From a virus: a DNA stretch of 64,000 bases. Positions 28,665 to 37,920 of the stretch are shown one piece after another. The notes below the pieces were generated by a model that was given only the letters and a program-made list of their open reading frames with translations, had not been told where the DNA came from and searched no databases. The DNA is taken from the IMG/VR virus record IMGVR_UViG_3300038386_000109. One strand, given 5' to 3'. Each line of letters begins with the position of its first letter. The first letter of the stretch is position 1. The position numbers and the translations under genes were made by a program.

Positions 28665-28948
28665 CACGCCGACGAGAACAGAAAATATCGCCAATTCAGC
28701 TCGACCTGATCCGTCAAATCGCTCAGCGCGCAGTGCGCCTGTACCAAGACGTCCTCGGCGAGGATATCCCGCAGTGGGAATTCGAAGCCGAGATATCCAT
28801 GGCGCATGCGAGCAATCCGCTGCGCCTCGGCGAACTACTTGAAGCCAACGACGGTAATTTCGCCCACGACATTGGCGGTATCCGCAACAACCTCAACCGC
28901 CTCACGGGAGAGCTGCGGAATTGCTTCTCCCCACGCTATTCCGCCTGA
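28661..28948 (+). CDS. Hypothetical protein (DUF6874-like)
   Basis: LRLGELLEANDGNFAHDIGGIRNNLNRLTGELRNCFSPRY; start moved to ATG 28661. Confidence 0.6.
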   Translation: MTRRREQKISPIQLDLIRQIAQRAVRLYQDVLGEDIPQWEFEAEISMAHASNPLRLGELLEANDGNFAHDIGGIRNNLNRLTGELRNCFSPRYSA

Positions 28949-29026
28949 CGTTTCCACTAGGGGCGCGTGCGCGCGCCTCTCAGGAAGCGCCATCGCTTCA
29001 AACTGACCTTGGGAAAGGAAATTAAA

Positions 29027-29400
29027 ATGGGCACTCGTTCGGACATCATCGCAAAACGGCGCGACGGAAAATGGGCGCGCATCTACTGCCACTGGGATGG
29101 TTACCTAGAGCACAACGGCCGCATTTTCTCTTCAGGAGCTACAAGACACAGAAAAAGGTCGAGGACCTGATAGCGCTCGGCGACATCTCCACTCTGGGGG
29201 CAAATCCAGGGCGGCAGCATCCATTCGAGGCGCCGCGGCAGTTTGCTAGCGGCGGGGGCTTCAAAACTGAGAGCCGAGTACAAAGCTTACAAGAATATGT
29301 GCACCGCCTACGGCCGCGATCGCGGCGACGCTGGTGTTGTTGGAAGCAGCGCTGAAGGGCGAGGCTAAGGTGACGCCTAGCGTCAAGGCCTTCGGCGAGA
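29027..29400 (+). pseudogene. Frameshifted conserved phage gene (MGTRS..IYCHWDGY family)
   Basis: MGTRSDII...IYCHWDGYLEHNG continues in another frame as YKTQKKVEDLIALGDISTL and again as MCTAYGRDRG. Confidence 0.55.
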
Positions 29401-29517
29401 ACATGGTGATTGGCAAGCACAAGCCGCTCAGACCAGACGCTGGAGACGCCTCACAGCATTCTTGGACGTGGTACCATCCGGCCGGAACAGCCGCCTAAAA
29501 AATTAGGGAGAACAACC

Positions 29518-29976
29518 GTGCAAACTATCGAATATCGGTTCGTCGACAAATCGGCCTGGGGACACGGTCCGTGGCAGTTAGAGCCAGATAAACGGCAATG
29601 GCTCGATCCGCAGACCGGATTACCGTGCATCGTGCGGCGCAGCCCCGCGTTGGGCTTCCTATGCGGATATGTGGGCGTACCGCGCTCGCATCCAGCCTAC
29701 AGGAAGGACTGCGATGCCGTTGATGTATCAGTGCATGGAGGCTTGACATTCAGTGATACGTGCAGCGGCGGCGATCACGACATCTGCCACAAGGTCAGCC
29801 CGGGCGAAGACGACGACGTTTGGTGGCTCGGTTTTGATTGCGGCCACTTTTCGGATGCTACCCCGGGTATGATGAGCCTCGCATACCGAAACATCTACCG
29901 CGACTTCCCCTATGTTGTGAACGAATGCGAGGGGCTGGCGCGGCAGCTCAAAGCTATGACGGAGACTACAAAATGA
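29518..29976 (+). CDS. Conserved phage hypothetical protein
   Basis: W.HGPW..EPDK..W...LCGYVGVP..HP...VHGGLTF...WWLGFDCGH; GTG start with GGAG RBS. Confidence 0.7.
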   Translation: MQTIEYRFVDKSAWGHGPWQLEPDKRQWLDPQTGLPCIVRRSPALGFLCGYVGVPRSHPAYRKDCDAVDVSVHGGLTFSDTCSGGDHDICHKVSPGEDDDVWWLGFDCGHFSDATPGMMSLAYRNIYRDFPYVVNECEGLARQLKAMTETTK

Positions 29977-30353
29977 AACGCCTAGCCTTAATCCTCACCG
30001 CGCTCGCGATGTCCACCAGCGCGCACGCCGGAGACGTGTACGAGATGACCTGCACCAAGTCCGAGATCACCCCTCGGACGATGCTGCCGACGTACGTGGC
30101 CATGTTCAGGGCCAGCGCCTTCACGGGCGCGCTGGTCATCGACACCGGCGTGAAGCGCATCACCTACTCGGTCGACCGGGTGGTCGAGCGGTACACGTAT
30201 GTCGACGTGTACGGCCGAACCCCATTCGGCACAACGTACGCCGCACGGTTCCCAACTAGCTCAACCGCCAAAGCCACAGCGCAGTTCGCGAGTTTCAACG
30301 GCAACAAGCAGATCACCGACCACTGCGAAGCGGACTTCGAGTCGAGTGACTAA
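29973..30353 (+). CDS. Secreted/periplasmic hypothetical protein
   Basis: Signal-peptide-like MKRLALILTALAMSTSAHA. Confidence 0.6.
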   Translation: MKRLALILTALAMSTSAHAGDVYEMTCTKSEITPRTMLPTYVAMFRASAFTGALVIDTGVKRITYSVDRVVERYTYVDVYGRTPFGTTYAARFPTSSTAKATAQFASFNGNKQITDHCEADFESSD

Positions 30354-30658
30354 TGAAGATCGTCGACCCCAAAGACATAGACTTCCTGCCACCGGAGACT
30401 TTGGCCACTTACCCGCTAATTGGCCAGCTTCCAGACGGTCGGTATTGCGGCATCCATCGCCTGCTGTACCACTGGACCATGCATGTGGACCTGGATGAAT
30501 TCGGGTATGCTGACAAATATTGCTTCGCCACTCAGGCCCTCGCGGTCGCCGCACTGATTAACTGGAATGGCGAGGGTGATCCTGACGGATGGCACAGACA
30601 CCTGAAAACAGGGCGGCGACGCAATCTCGAAACAGGCGAGGAGTGGATACAGTGGTAA
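30353..30658 (+). CDS. Hypothetical protein
   Basis: 101 aa; last gene of the + cassette. Confidence 0.6.
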   Translation: MKIVDPKDIDFLPPETLATYPLIGQLPDGRYCGIHRLLYHWTMHVDLDEFGYADKYCFATQALAVAALINWNGEGDPDGWHRHLKTGRRRNLETGEEWIQW

Positions 30659-31494
30659 CTACAGCCGCTTAACGATCCACATAACCACCGCGATCACGAC
30701 CACGATCGCGGTGAGCGCAAGGACATTTCCCGGCCAGCCCGGTGTAGCCATCTCAAAATGCCCTCGTCCATTTTCCCCCGATTGGTCGGCAGGTCCATCG
30801 GGATTTGTCGGGATCACCCGAAACCCCAAAAAAACCAGCCCAGAATTAAACCGACCGACGCAATAACGAGGGTGCCGCAAAGGAATATTGTAGCACCCTT
30901 ACTCATTCTTCGAAGCGGTAGGTCCACGTTCCCCCCGAATCTTTCACGATTTGGTCGCGCCTGACATACCCCTGTCCCACAGCAACGGCCGCATAAATCC
31001 CCCAGCCCTTCACAGTGACACGCCAGAGACCAAGACTAGTCTTCTCGCCCTTGTAGAGATGCACCAGCTCGCCGGTGCGGATGTAGCGGTGCAGCGCAAG
31101 GTCGACGAGGCCTCGGATCATTCTGACTTCCGCCGCTTCATCGCGTACTCGTAGGAGCTGACAGCGATGGCCGCGTACCTCTTTGTCAGCTGCTTCGCGG
31201 TCTCTATCGCGACATGGTGAGGCACCTGCGAATCGGAAGCGCGAGCTAGAATCTTGCCCCTACGATCAACCTCGCAGACATAGAAGAGGCGCGGTTCGCG
31301 GCTCACTTCGACTTCTTTTCCTGCTGCCGGCCGGTGACCGGCTTCTGGATGGCATTCTTAGGCATGCTGCCCAACACCTCGCTGACGATGGCGTCGCGCT
31401 GCATCTTCTGGCTTTCGTTCAGCTCGCGGTGGATCGGATCACCATCAAAATGCTCAGGTCCCAGCTCGCCGAGTTTGTGTTTATAGGGTTTCAT
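30659..31494 (-). CDS. Four small hypothetical ORFs (30659-30880, 30903-31121, 31118-31306, 31303-31494)
   Basis: Mostly overlapping start/stop codons; downstream of the portal gene and the second mini-array. Confidence 0.45.
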
Positions 31495-31546
31495 CCGTGC
31501 CTTGCCTCGCCGTGCCCAGCCGCGCCACGCACCGCAGAGCCGTGCC
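31492..31546 (-). repeat. Orphan GGY-NN pentamer mini-array (putative guide ncRNA)
   Basis: Minus strand GGCAC GGCTC TGCGG TGCGT GGCGC GGCTG GGCAC GGCGA GGCAA GGCAC GGATG: 11 perfectly phased units. Confidence 0.75.
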
Positions 31547-31551
31547 GCTGG

Positions 31552-34500
31552 CTAAAAATGGCGATCATTTCGGCCCTCCGCAACCTTTTTTGGCGAGCCT
31601 CGCTCGCCGTTATTGTCATACAGTGTCCAGCGCTTCAGTCGCGGGATGATGTCATCGAAATTCTTCTCGTTACCGTACGAGCCAAGGATGTATTCTGGCG
31701 GCACAAACCGGCCCGTCCCCTTGTCTGATACCCCGCCTTTGGCAAACCGGCCCATAGCGCGGTCCGCAGCGATTTCCGGCGTGCTGTGCATGTAAATCCC
31801 GTGTACGTCGTGCGTATCCTGAAACTGATCGATGCGCCGCAGCGCGCTGGTGCCCGACTTCATGGTCTGGTCGAAGGCGACGTTCAGACCCTTCTGCTTG
31901 GCGATCTGCGCAGCCATGTCGGCGATGTGCGAGCTTTCCTCGTGCACTAGGCCAGCATTCCAGCCCTCGTACTCCGGGAGCTGCTGCTTGAACGCATCCG
32001 AATCGACCACGATCGTATTCTTGCGCGACACGGGGCCGTCGGCGCCGGTGATGAACGACTTGCCGGAGCCGCCGCGGCCGCCGAGGACGGTCATCGTCGG
32101 CCGCTGCCCTGGCGCTGGCGTCGCGCCCTGCACCGCCTCAGGCGTGAACAGCTTCCGCAGGATTTCCTTGTGCAGTTGGGCGCGCTCCGGCGTGTACGTG
32201 CCGTCGTCGAGGGTGTGGCCACCGTCGTTGACGTGCGCGTTGGTCGGCACAGCCTGCTTCATCATCTCGCGGATTTTCGCGATTTGATCCGTCGTCCCGT
32301 ACTTTCCATTTATCCGCTTGGCGGCGTCGTCGATCTGCCCCGGGTGAGGCGCGCCGCCGTTCCTCGCTAGGAGGTCTTGGGCGGGTCCTTTTTCCCAGAC
32401 GCGGGAACTGACGTCTGGCGTCCACCCGTACTTTTGGGCGAACTGGTCTTCGACGGCTGCGATTTTGGGGCCGAGGTTGGCGAGTAGCGTGTCGGCGCTT
32501 CGTTCCACATCGGGTCCAGCCGATCGGATGGCTTGTAAATAATCCTCGGCATGGGGGGACTTGCTCCAATCGTTCGCCAGATAATCGCCCACGTAGTGAG
32601 CGCGCTGGGCCTCAATTTGCTCTGGAAGGCTGTCGGATTCAAGACCTTCGATCGCCGAATGCACAGCCGCGCCGAACTGATCGTTGGGCATCGATCCGGT
32701 ATTCAAGACGCGCCAGCCCTGCTGGGTCGGGACGAGCGCGTACTCCAGTCCGCTAACGGCGCCGAGCGCCTGATCGATGGCTGCCGCCTCGGCCTCTGAT
32801 GGGCTGCGACCCATCCTGAAGTCGAGCATATTGCTGTCCTTCGGATCGATGTCGACGAACCGCGTCGAGGCGTGCGGATCGAGGTGCTCGCTAATCAGCT
32901 TGGGCTGTTTGTAACCCCTGCCGATATCGGAGAGCAGGCCATTCTGTTCGGCGTACTGGCGCGCCGCCGTACGACTGAGGACCTGACCCTTGTCGTTCTT
33001 GAAAACGTAGTTCGCATCGTTCTGCGCGCCGCTCGCCAGAAAAGCCTTCTGCTCCTCCGGTCCGAGGGCCGCCAGTGCGTCTTTGTGGGTGACCCCGTGT
33101 CCGGTGTCCGTCGGGAACACAACGCCCTTGGCGGTCTTCAGACCGGGAATGAGATAGGCATGGGACGGCGGGGGTTCAGGCCGGTGCCATGCGGCAGCGT
33201 CTTGACGCAGCAGGATGCCCCGAATCGCCTCGCTGGCGTTGATCTTCGCCTTATCATCGTCGCCGAGCCGACCAAGATTAACCTGTGTCTGGGCGCCTGG
33301 ATTGACGCGACCTTGGAACACGCCGGCCGATGAGAACGTCGGGCCCGTGCGCAAGCCGAGGGTCTGCGCGATGACGTCGTGACCCTTCTCGTCGCTGAGG
33401 ACTTTCTCAATCGCCTGCTGGTACTCGCGGCGCTGCTCGAGCGGAGCGTCGTGGAACTGCGGCATGTTCCGCGTGGTCTTGCCGGGCGCACTCTCCCACG
33501 AGAGCTGGGCGGGCTGCCGCTCACGCGGGTCGGTCGGCTGATACTCGACGTGCGGGTGGTGCAGCGCCGGAGCCTGCGCGACCTTGCGGGCTACTCCTGG
33601 TCCGCTGGTGAATCGCCCGTGTTGCTCGCGGGGGTGCTGCTGCTCGTTCCACTGCTGGAAGAGGTCGAGGGCGAGCGGAACTGTTCCGGCAATTCCTCCT
33701 CGTCCTCCGCCGTCGGCTGATAATCCGGGTCGCCCCAGTTCACCGCGATGTAATTCGTGCGCGTCAGCGGTATGCCGTACGTCACCATGAACTCCACCAC
33801 TGGGTCGGTGCCATGAAGGTGGGCTAATTCCTCGGCTGAGAATGCGGCGCTGGGCTTCGTCTCGGGTGATTTTTCCACTGTCGGCGTCATCCCAGTGCCC
33901 CTTTATTTCCTTGCGAAGGTCGTCGCCTTTGTCCTCGGCTTTGAATAGACCGCGCTGCGCTTCCCAGGTGACCGACTGCATCTCACGTGGCAGGACGCCA
34001 CGCTCCTGAGCTGCGCGCCGGTATCCCTCTGCATATAATCCGTAGAGGCCTTTCGAGCCAGTGGCAGCATCCTTCGCGCCGGTGAGGCCGAGACCATCCT
34101 TAACCTCGGGATCGGCGCCACTCCACGGCATCAGCGCAGCCGCGCCAATAGCATGGGTGTCGATAGTCACGTCCCCACGCTTCGACTGCGGCGCGATGAT
34201 GTTGTTGTAGAAATTCCTAACCTTGTGATTTCCGCCAAGGTTCTTGGAAATATTCTCGGGCGACGGATCGTCCACGATCGACACCGCCTTGGCAATCTCG
34301 CGGAACGACTTCCACGCGGCGCGCGAATCGCGGCCGTCCTTGTTCTTGACCGAGCCGAGGACAGCACCCTCAGGCGACATTTCCGGGAACGAGCGGGTGT
34401 TTTCGGTCTCGTCCCAGAACCTGATCCAGTGTGCGCGCTCAAGCGGCTTCTGAATATCGGCGAGGGTTTTGCCCTCGAAACCCTGCATCATCTTGCGGAC

Positions 34501-37500
34501 ACCGGCGGCAACCTCGGGCGTTTTTTCCTCGAGCTTCTGCGCGTAGGCCTCGGCCCACTCCTTCATCCGCTGCGTGGTCTTCTTGTCGCTATGATTTTTG
34601 ATCGTGTCGATGACGCGGTGCGCCAGGCTGATGTTCTGGAACCAGTCATTCTGCGGCGACAACGCGGCTATTACGCCGGCAGCGACACGCGGCTCAATGC
34701 CGAAGTGCTGCGCCCAATCCTCGGCCATCTTGTGCGCGCCGTCGTACCAGAGCTTCGATCGACCCTTGATCTCGTCGGGGACTGAATCCCACAACGCCAG
34801 CACGTTCGATTTGACGTGGTTGACGAAATATTCTGAGGCCTCGTCGGCTTTCATATTTTTCGTCGCGCCGAGCCCGGGGATTTTCTTGATCAGCTCGGCG
34901 TTCTTTTCGAATGCGGCTTTCGAGGCCTTACTGGACTCGAGACCAACCTGAAAATCGGCACTCCTATGCGGGTCGACCGCGGTCTGACCTTTCTTCGGTT
35001 TCGCGGTCGGCACCCGGGTGGAGATGCGCTCGTCGTCAGGATTGGCCTCAGGCTGCGATTCCGGCCCGCTGGGCGGCTTTTTGCCTTCGGCCGGGTCCCA
35101 ATGGCCCGACGTGAATTGACCGCCCTGGTGAGACCCCTTCGGGGCCCGTTGCTCGCTCGGGCTTAGGCGGTCTTCAGCGATCACCTTGTCGTCCTGCTTC
35201 AGGACCTTGATGTCCTTCGGATCGAAGACGACGTAATTCAGCTCGCCGCGCAGCTGCGGGTCGCGGTAGACGTAGCCGGCTAGACCCCGACGCCTCAGCT
35301 CTTCGTCGGTCCACTTCGCGTCCTGCGCCTTGGTCCACGGCACGAAGTCGGTCCGCGGGCGCATCACACGCACCGTGTACAGATGGCCAGTGATATGCGT
35401 CTGCGCAGCGTTCAGCCGATGGATAGGCTTGCCGCTGAGCTGCAGCCGGTCGGTCAGCTCGTCGAGGTACCGGCGCGCTACGACCGGCGAGGTGGCGAGG
35501 TAGATGCCGGTCCCGTAGTGGGCGCGCGCGGTCCCGGTCCCGATGTGGCTGCTATCGAAATGATCGAAGTCGAAAGGGCTGCCGTGATACGCGACAAAGC
35601 CCTCCGCGGGGTCGGCATCCCACGCACCGCAGTGTGCCTCGCGTTCCTCGAGTATCTCGCGGACTGTCTCGATGTCATTCTCGCGCAGTGCGCGCCGCAG
35701 ACGCTCGCTCTCAATTTTGGTGAGCTTGCCTAGATCGAACGGAGGTGCTTCGTCCCGCGCTGAAGCGAGGCGGAGGTTCGGGGGCGCACGGACTGGAGAG
35801 CTGGCCGTGCCACCCCCGCCCCCACCGCCAGCGGCAGGACCGGACGTGGACGACGGGTCTTCGCCATCCGGCCCAGGCGGTTCCGGTACTTCCTGATTAG
35901 CCTTCGCGTTCGCGACGTCTTCCTCGGTGATCGTCTTGAACAGGCCAGCCTCGACCAATTCGCCCAAAGCTTGCGATGCGTCAATAAGGCCATCGGTGTA
36001 CGCAGTGAGGATCGGCGTCGCCATCTTCGTCGCGTTCTCAGACAGCTGCTCGTCCGTCATCTCAGGCTCGTCGTCGAGGTCGAGCCCGGCGTACGGCATC
36101 CCCTTGTCGCTCGCGACTTTCTTGCGCACCTCGAGCGGCGACAGTACGTTCGCGTCGATGTAGGTCTTATCAGTGCTGGCATCGGCCTGCCGCACCTGCG
36201 CATCCTCCATCGCGGACTGCGTCCACAGCGGCTCGAAGTCGAAGCCAATGTCGGGATCGATATCGCCGAACAGACTGAGCTGGGTAAAGTTAATGATGGT
36301 GGTCAGTTGCGGACGAAAGAAAACCTCCTGCACGGCATGAATCCAATCGTAGAACACCCTGATCTCGCCCTCGGACGAGGCGTTCAAGCCGTGCGGCGAC
36401 AGGCCGAAAAACTTCACCAGCGGGATGCCGGTGACGGCACTCATGTGCTCCTGCGACTGCGCTTGCAGCTCGTCGAGCCCACTCAGCGGCGTAGTGACAT
36501 TGAAAAACTCTTCATCGACATCGAGGACGAACGTGCCTTGGTTCTGCTTGAAGTTGGTGAACAGCTGCAGCCGGCGGATCATATCGTCGGCGCTAATGCC
36601 GCTGTTCAGCGCCTCGGCCATCTTGGTCTTGAAGCCAGTGGTGCTAAAGCTCTGAACGAGCCGGCCGACCGACTCACGAATGCGGTCCCAGTTGTTGACG
36701 TAGGTCTCGGCTAGCTGGGTCAGCGGAATACCGCCGAACGAGTAGCTCGGCTTCAGCAAGTCGGAGACGGGTCGACTGATGAACGTCAGTAGACGAGACG
36801 CATGAATGCGCTTATTCTGTACATACCATTGCGTCGGTACGTAGTAGTCAGGTGCCAGGGGGTCGGTGGCGTTGTACAAGGCGGGCGAACACCAGACAGG
36901 CTCGACGATACGAAGCGCATTGAACCGACCGCGGCCCACCTTTGCCCGGCTGATGTCATCGCTGCCTGATCCGATAGGCGTCGCCAGCTCAACAGAATCG
37001 TTAGTGTCGGCCCCCGTATCAATGTAGATATGGCCGCGCCCGAAGTAGCCGTCATGTTCCGCTACCTTTCGGAAGAGATCGCGCACACCCAGGCGAAGCA
37101 TCTCCGCCTCGATTTTCTTGACCTTATCGGTTTTATCGTCCTCGCTCGCGACCGTTATTTTAATCCACTTCCGCGTCATCTCCGTCGCGATGATCTCGAC
37201 CATGCGGCGGTACTCAGCCTTCTGCGACAAGTTCGCGAGCGCCGGGAAGCCGATGAAGCGCATGGCGTGCAGCAGCGTGCTGCCCATGGCAGCCTCGATC
37301 GAATGCCACGCCCACTCACTGATATCGTTGCCGAACAAGGACAGGCTCTCGTCCTGCACCAAGCCGCCCTTGTGACCGACGACTGGCGGGTGAAGAGCCT
37401 CGATCTTGAATGGGTTGACAGCCTTGCTTGGGTCGATCGACGAGGACGCGAGCATCGACTGGAATGCCCCGGCGTCGACCTTCCTGGTGCGCCTAGGTGT

Positions 37501-37527
37501 CCGCTCGTTCAGATCGGTGACGGTCAT
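31552..37527 (-). CDS. Polyvalent portal protein: DUF1073 portal + ART-like + glycosylase-like + zeta-toxin domains
   Basis: N-terminal ~550 aa DUF1073-like (EMTRKWI, IHASRLL, SGIPLVKFFGLSPHGLNASSEGE); YHGSPFDFDHF..G.GIYL..YVVFDP; VIAALSPQNDW..KVRNFY..VTIDTHA; VLGGRGGSGKS..VDSDAFK..VHEES. Confidence 0.8.
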   Translation of the reverse strand: MTVTDLNERTPRRTRKVDAGAFQSMLASSSIDPSKAVNPFKIEALHPPVVGHKGGLVQDESLSLFGNDISEWAWHSIEAAMGSTLLHAMRFIGFPALANLSQKAEYRRMVEIIATEMTRKWIKITVASEDDKTDKVKKIEAEMLRLGVRDLFRKVAEHDGYFGRGHIYIDTGADTNDSVELATPIGSGSDDISRAKVGRGRFNALRIVEPVWCSPALYNATDPLAPDYYVPTQWYVQNKRIHASRLLTFISRPVSDLLKPSYSFGGIPLTQLAETYVNNWDRIRESVGRLVQSFSTTGFKTKMAEALNSGISADDMIRRLQLFTNFKQNQGTFVLDVDEEFFNVTTPLSGLDELQAQSQEHMSAVTGIPLVKFFGLSPHGLNASSEGEIRVFYDWIHAVQEVFFRPQLTTIINFTQLSLFGDIDPDIGFDFEPLWTQSAMEDAQVRQADASTDKTYIDANVLSPLEVRKKVASDKGMPYAGLDLDDEPEMTDEQLSENATKMATPILTAYTDGLIDASQALGELVEAGLFKTITEEDVANAKANQEVPEPPGPDGEDPSSTSGPAAGGGGGGGTASSPVRAPPNLRLASARDEAPPFDLGKLTKIESERLRRALRENDIETVREILEEREAHCGAWDADPAEGFVAYHGSPFDFDHFDSSHIGTGTARAHYGTGIYLATSPVVARRYLDELTDRLQLSGKPIHRLNAAQTHITGHLYTVRVMRPRTDFVPWTKAQDAKWTDEELRRRGLAGYVYRDPQLRGELNYVVFDPKDIKVLKQDDKVIAEDRLSPSEQRAPKGSHQGGQFTSGHWDPAEGKKPPSGPESQPEANPDDERISTRVPTAKPKKGQTAVDPHRSADFQVGLESSKASKAAFEKNAELIKKIPGLGATKNMKADEASEYFVNHVKSNVLALWDSVPDEIKGRSKLWYDGAHKMAEDWAQHFGIEPRVAAGVIAALSPQNDWFQNISLAHRVIDTIKNHSDKKTTQRMKEWAEAYAQKLEEKTPEVAAGVRKMMQGFEGKTLADIQKPLERAHWIRFWDETENTRSFPEMSPEGAVLGSVKNKDGRDSRAAWKSFREIAKAVSIVDDPSPENISKNLGGNHKVRNFYNNIIAPQSKRGDVTIDTHAIGAAALMPWSGADPEVKDGLGLTGAKDAATGSKGLYGLYAEGYRRAAQERGVLPREMQSVTWEAQRGLFKAEDKGDDLRKEIKGHWDDADSGKITRDEAQRRILSRGISPPSWHRPSGGVHGDVRHTADAHELHRGELGRPGLSADGGGRGGIAGTVPLALDLFQQWNEQQHPREQHGRFTSGPGVARKVAQAPALHHPHVEYQPTDPRERQPAQLSWESAPGKTTRNMPQFHDAPLEQRREYQQAIEKVLSDEKGHDVIAQTLGLRTGPTFSSAGVFQGRVNPGAQTQVNLGRLGDDDKAKINASEAIRGILLRQDAAAWHRPEPPPSHAYLIPGLKTAKGVVFPTDTGHGVTHKDALAALGPEEQKAFLASGAQNDANYVFKNDKGQVLSRTAARQYAEQNGLLSDIGRGYKQPKLISEHLDPHASTRFVDIDPKDSNMLDFRMGRSPSEAEAAAIDQALGAVSGLEYALVPTQQGWRVLNTGSMPNDQFGAAVHSAIEGLESDSLPEQIEAQRAHYVGDYLANDWSKSPHAEDYLQAIRSAGPDVERSADTLLANLGPKIAAVEDQFAQKYGWTPDVSSRVWEKGPAQDLLARNGGAPHPGQIDDAAKRINGKYGTTDQIAKIREMMKQAVPTNAHVNDGGHTLDDGTYTPERAQLHKEILRKLFTPEAVQGATPAPGQRPTMTVLGGRGGSGKSFITGADGPVSRKNTIVVDSDAFKQQLPEYEGWNAGLVHEESSHIADMAAQIAKQKGLNVAFDQTMKSGTSALRRIDQFQDTHDVHGIYMHSTPEIAADRAMGRFAKGGVSDKGTGRFVPPEYILGSYGNEKNFDDIIPRLKRWTLYDNNGERGSPKKVAEGRNDRHF
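33591..33890 (-). CDS. Putative nested same-strand alternate-frame small protein
   Basis: GTDPVVEFMVTYGIPLTRTNYIAVNWGDPDYQPTAEDEEELPEQFR reads like a natural protein while the host frame here is low-complexity filler. Confidence 0.45.
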   Translation of the reverse strand: MTPTVEKSPETKPSAAFSAEELAHLHGTDPVVEFMVTYGIPLTRTNYIAVNWGDPDYQPTAEDEEELPEQFRSPSTSSSSGTSSSTPASNTGDSPADQE

Positions 37528-37920
37528 CGCAAACCTCGATGACGCGGACCCCCGATCGTCGCGCCTGTTTCACCATGTTAGCCGTTCCCTTGCCACCAGG
37601 GAAGGCGATGACCGCAATCTCTCCACCCTCGCCGCGCAAGTGGCGCAACAATTCCGTATTGCGCATCGGCCCGGCGCGATCGCCGAACTTCGACCAACTA
37701 GCGATCATCGTCAGATTATGGGACACGCCAGCGCTCCGCCCATGTATAGGCATGGTAGTCGACACCGCCAACGGTCTGCTTGAGCCAGGGATCGAACTTC
37801 CGCTGACCACCCTCGATCAGCAATTCTATGGAGCCGACCATTGTTATTTATTTTATTCAGCTCGTGATGCACCCAGTCACCATCGCGCTCGTGCCGGCTG
37901 CCGCAGACGATGACTTTCAC
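37493..37920 (-). pseudogene. SLOG/DUF2493 (YspA-like) gene split over three frames
   Basis: VKVIVCGSRH / IELLIEGG..GVD...WAERW / WSKFGDRAGPMRNTELL..VIAFPGGKGTANMV. Confidence 0.65.

Noticed and set aside
31492-31546. Concatenated NN of array #2 contains TGACGAAA, like the operator TGACGAAACGTCA
   Set aside because: Only an 8-nt match under a contiguous-code assumption; likely chance
31552-37527. Intein in the giant portal ORF
   Set aside because: No C/S...HN-C/S/T splice junctions or LAGLIDADG motifs seen
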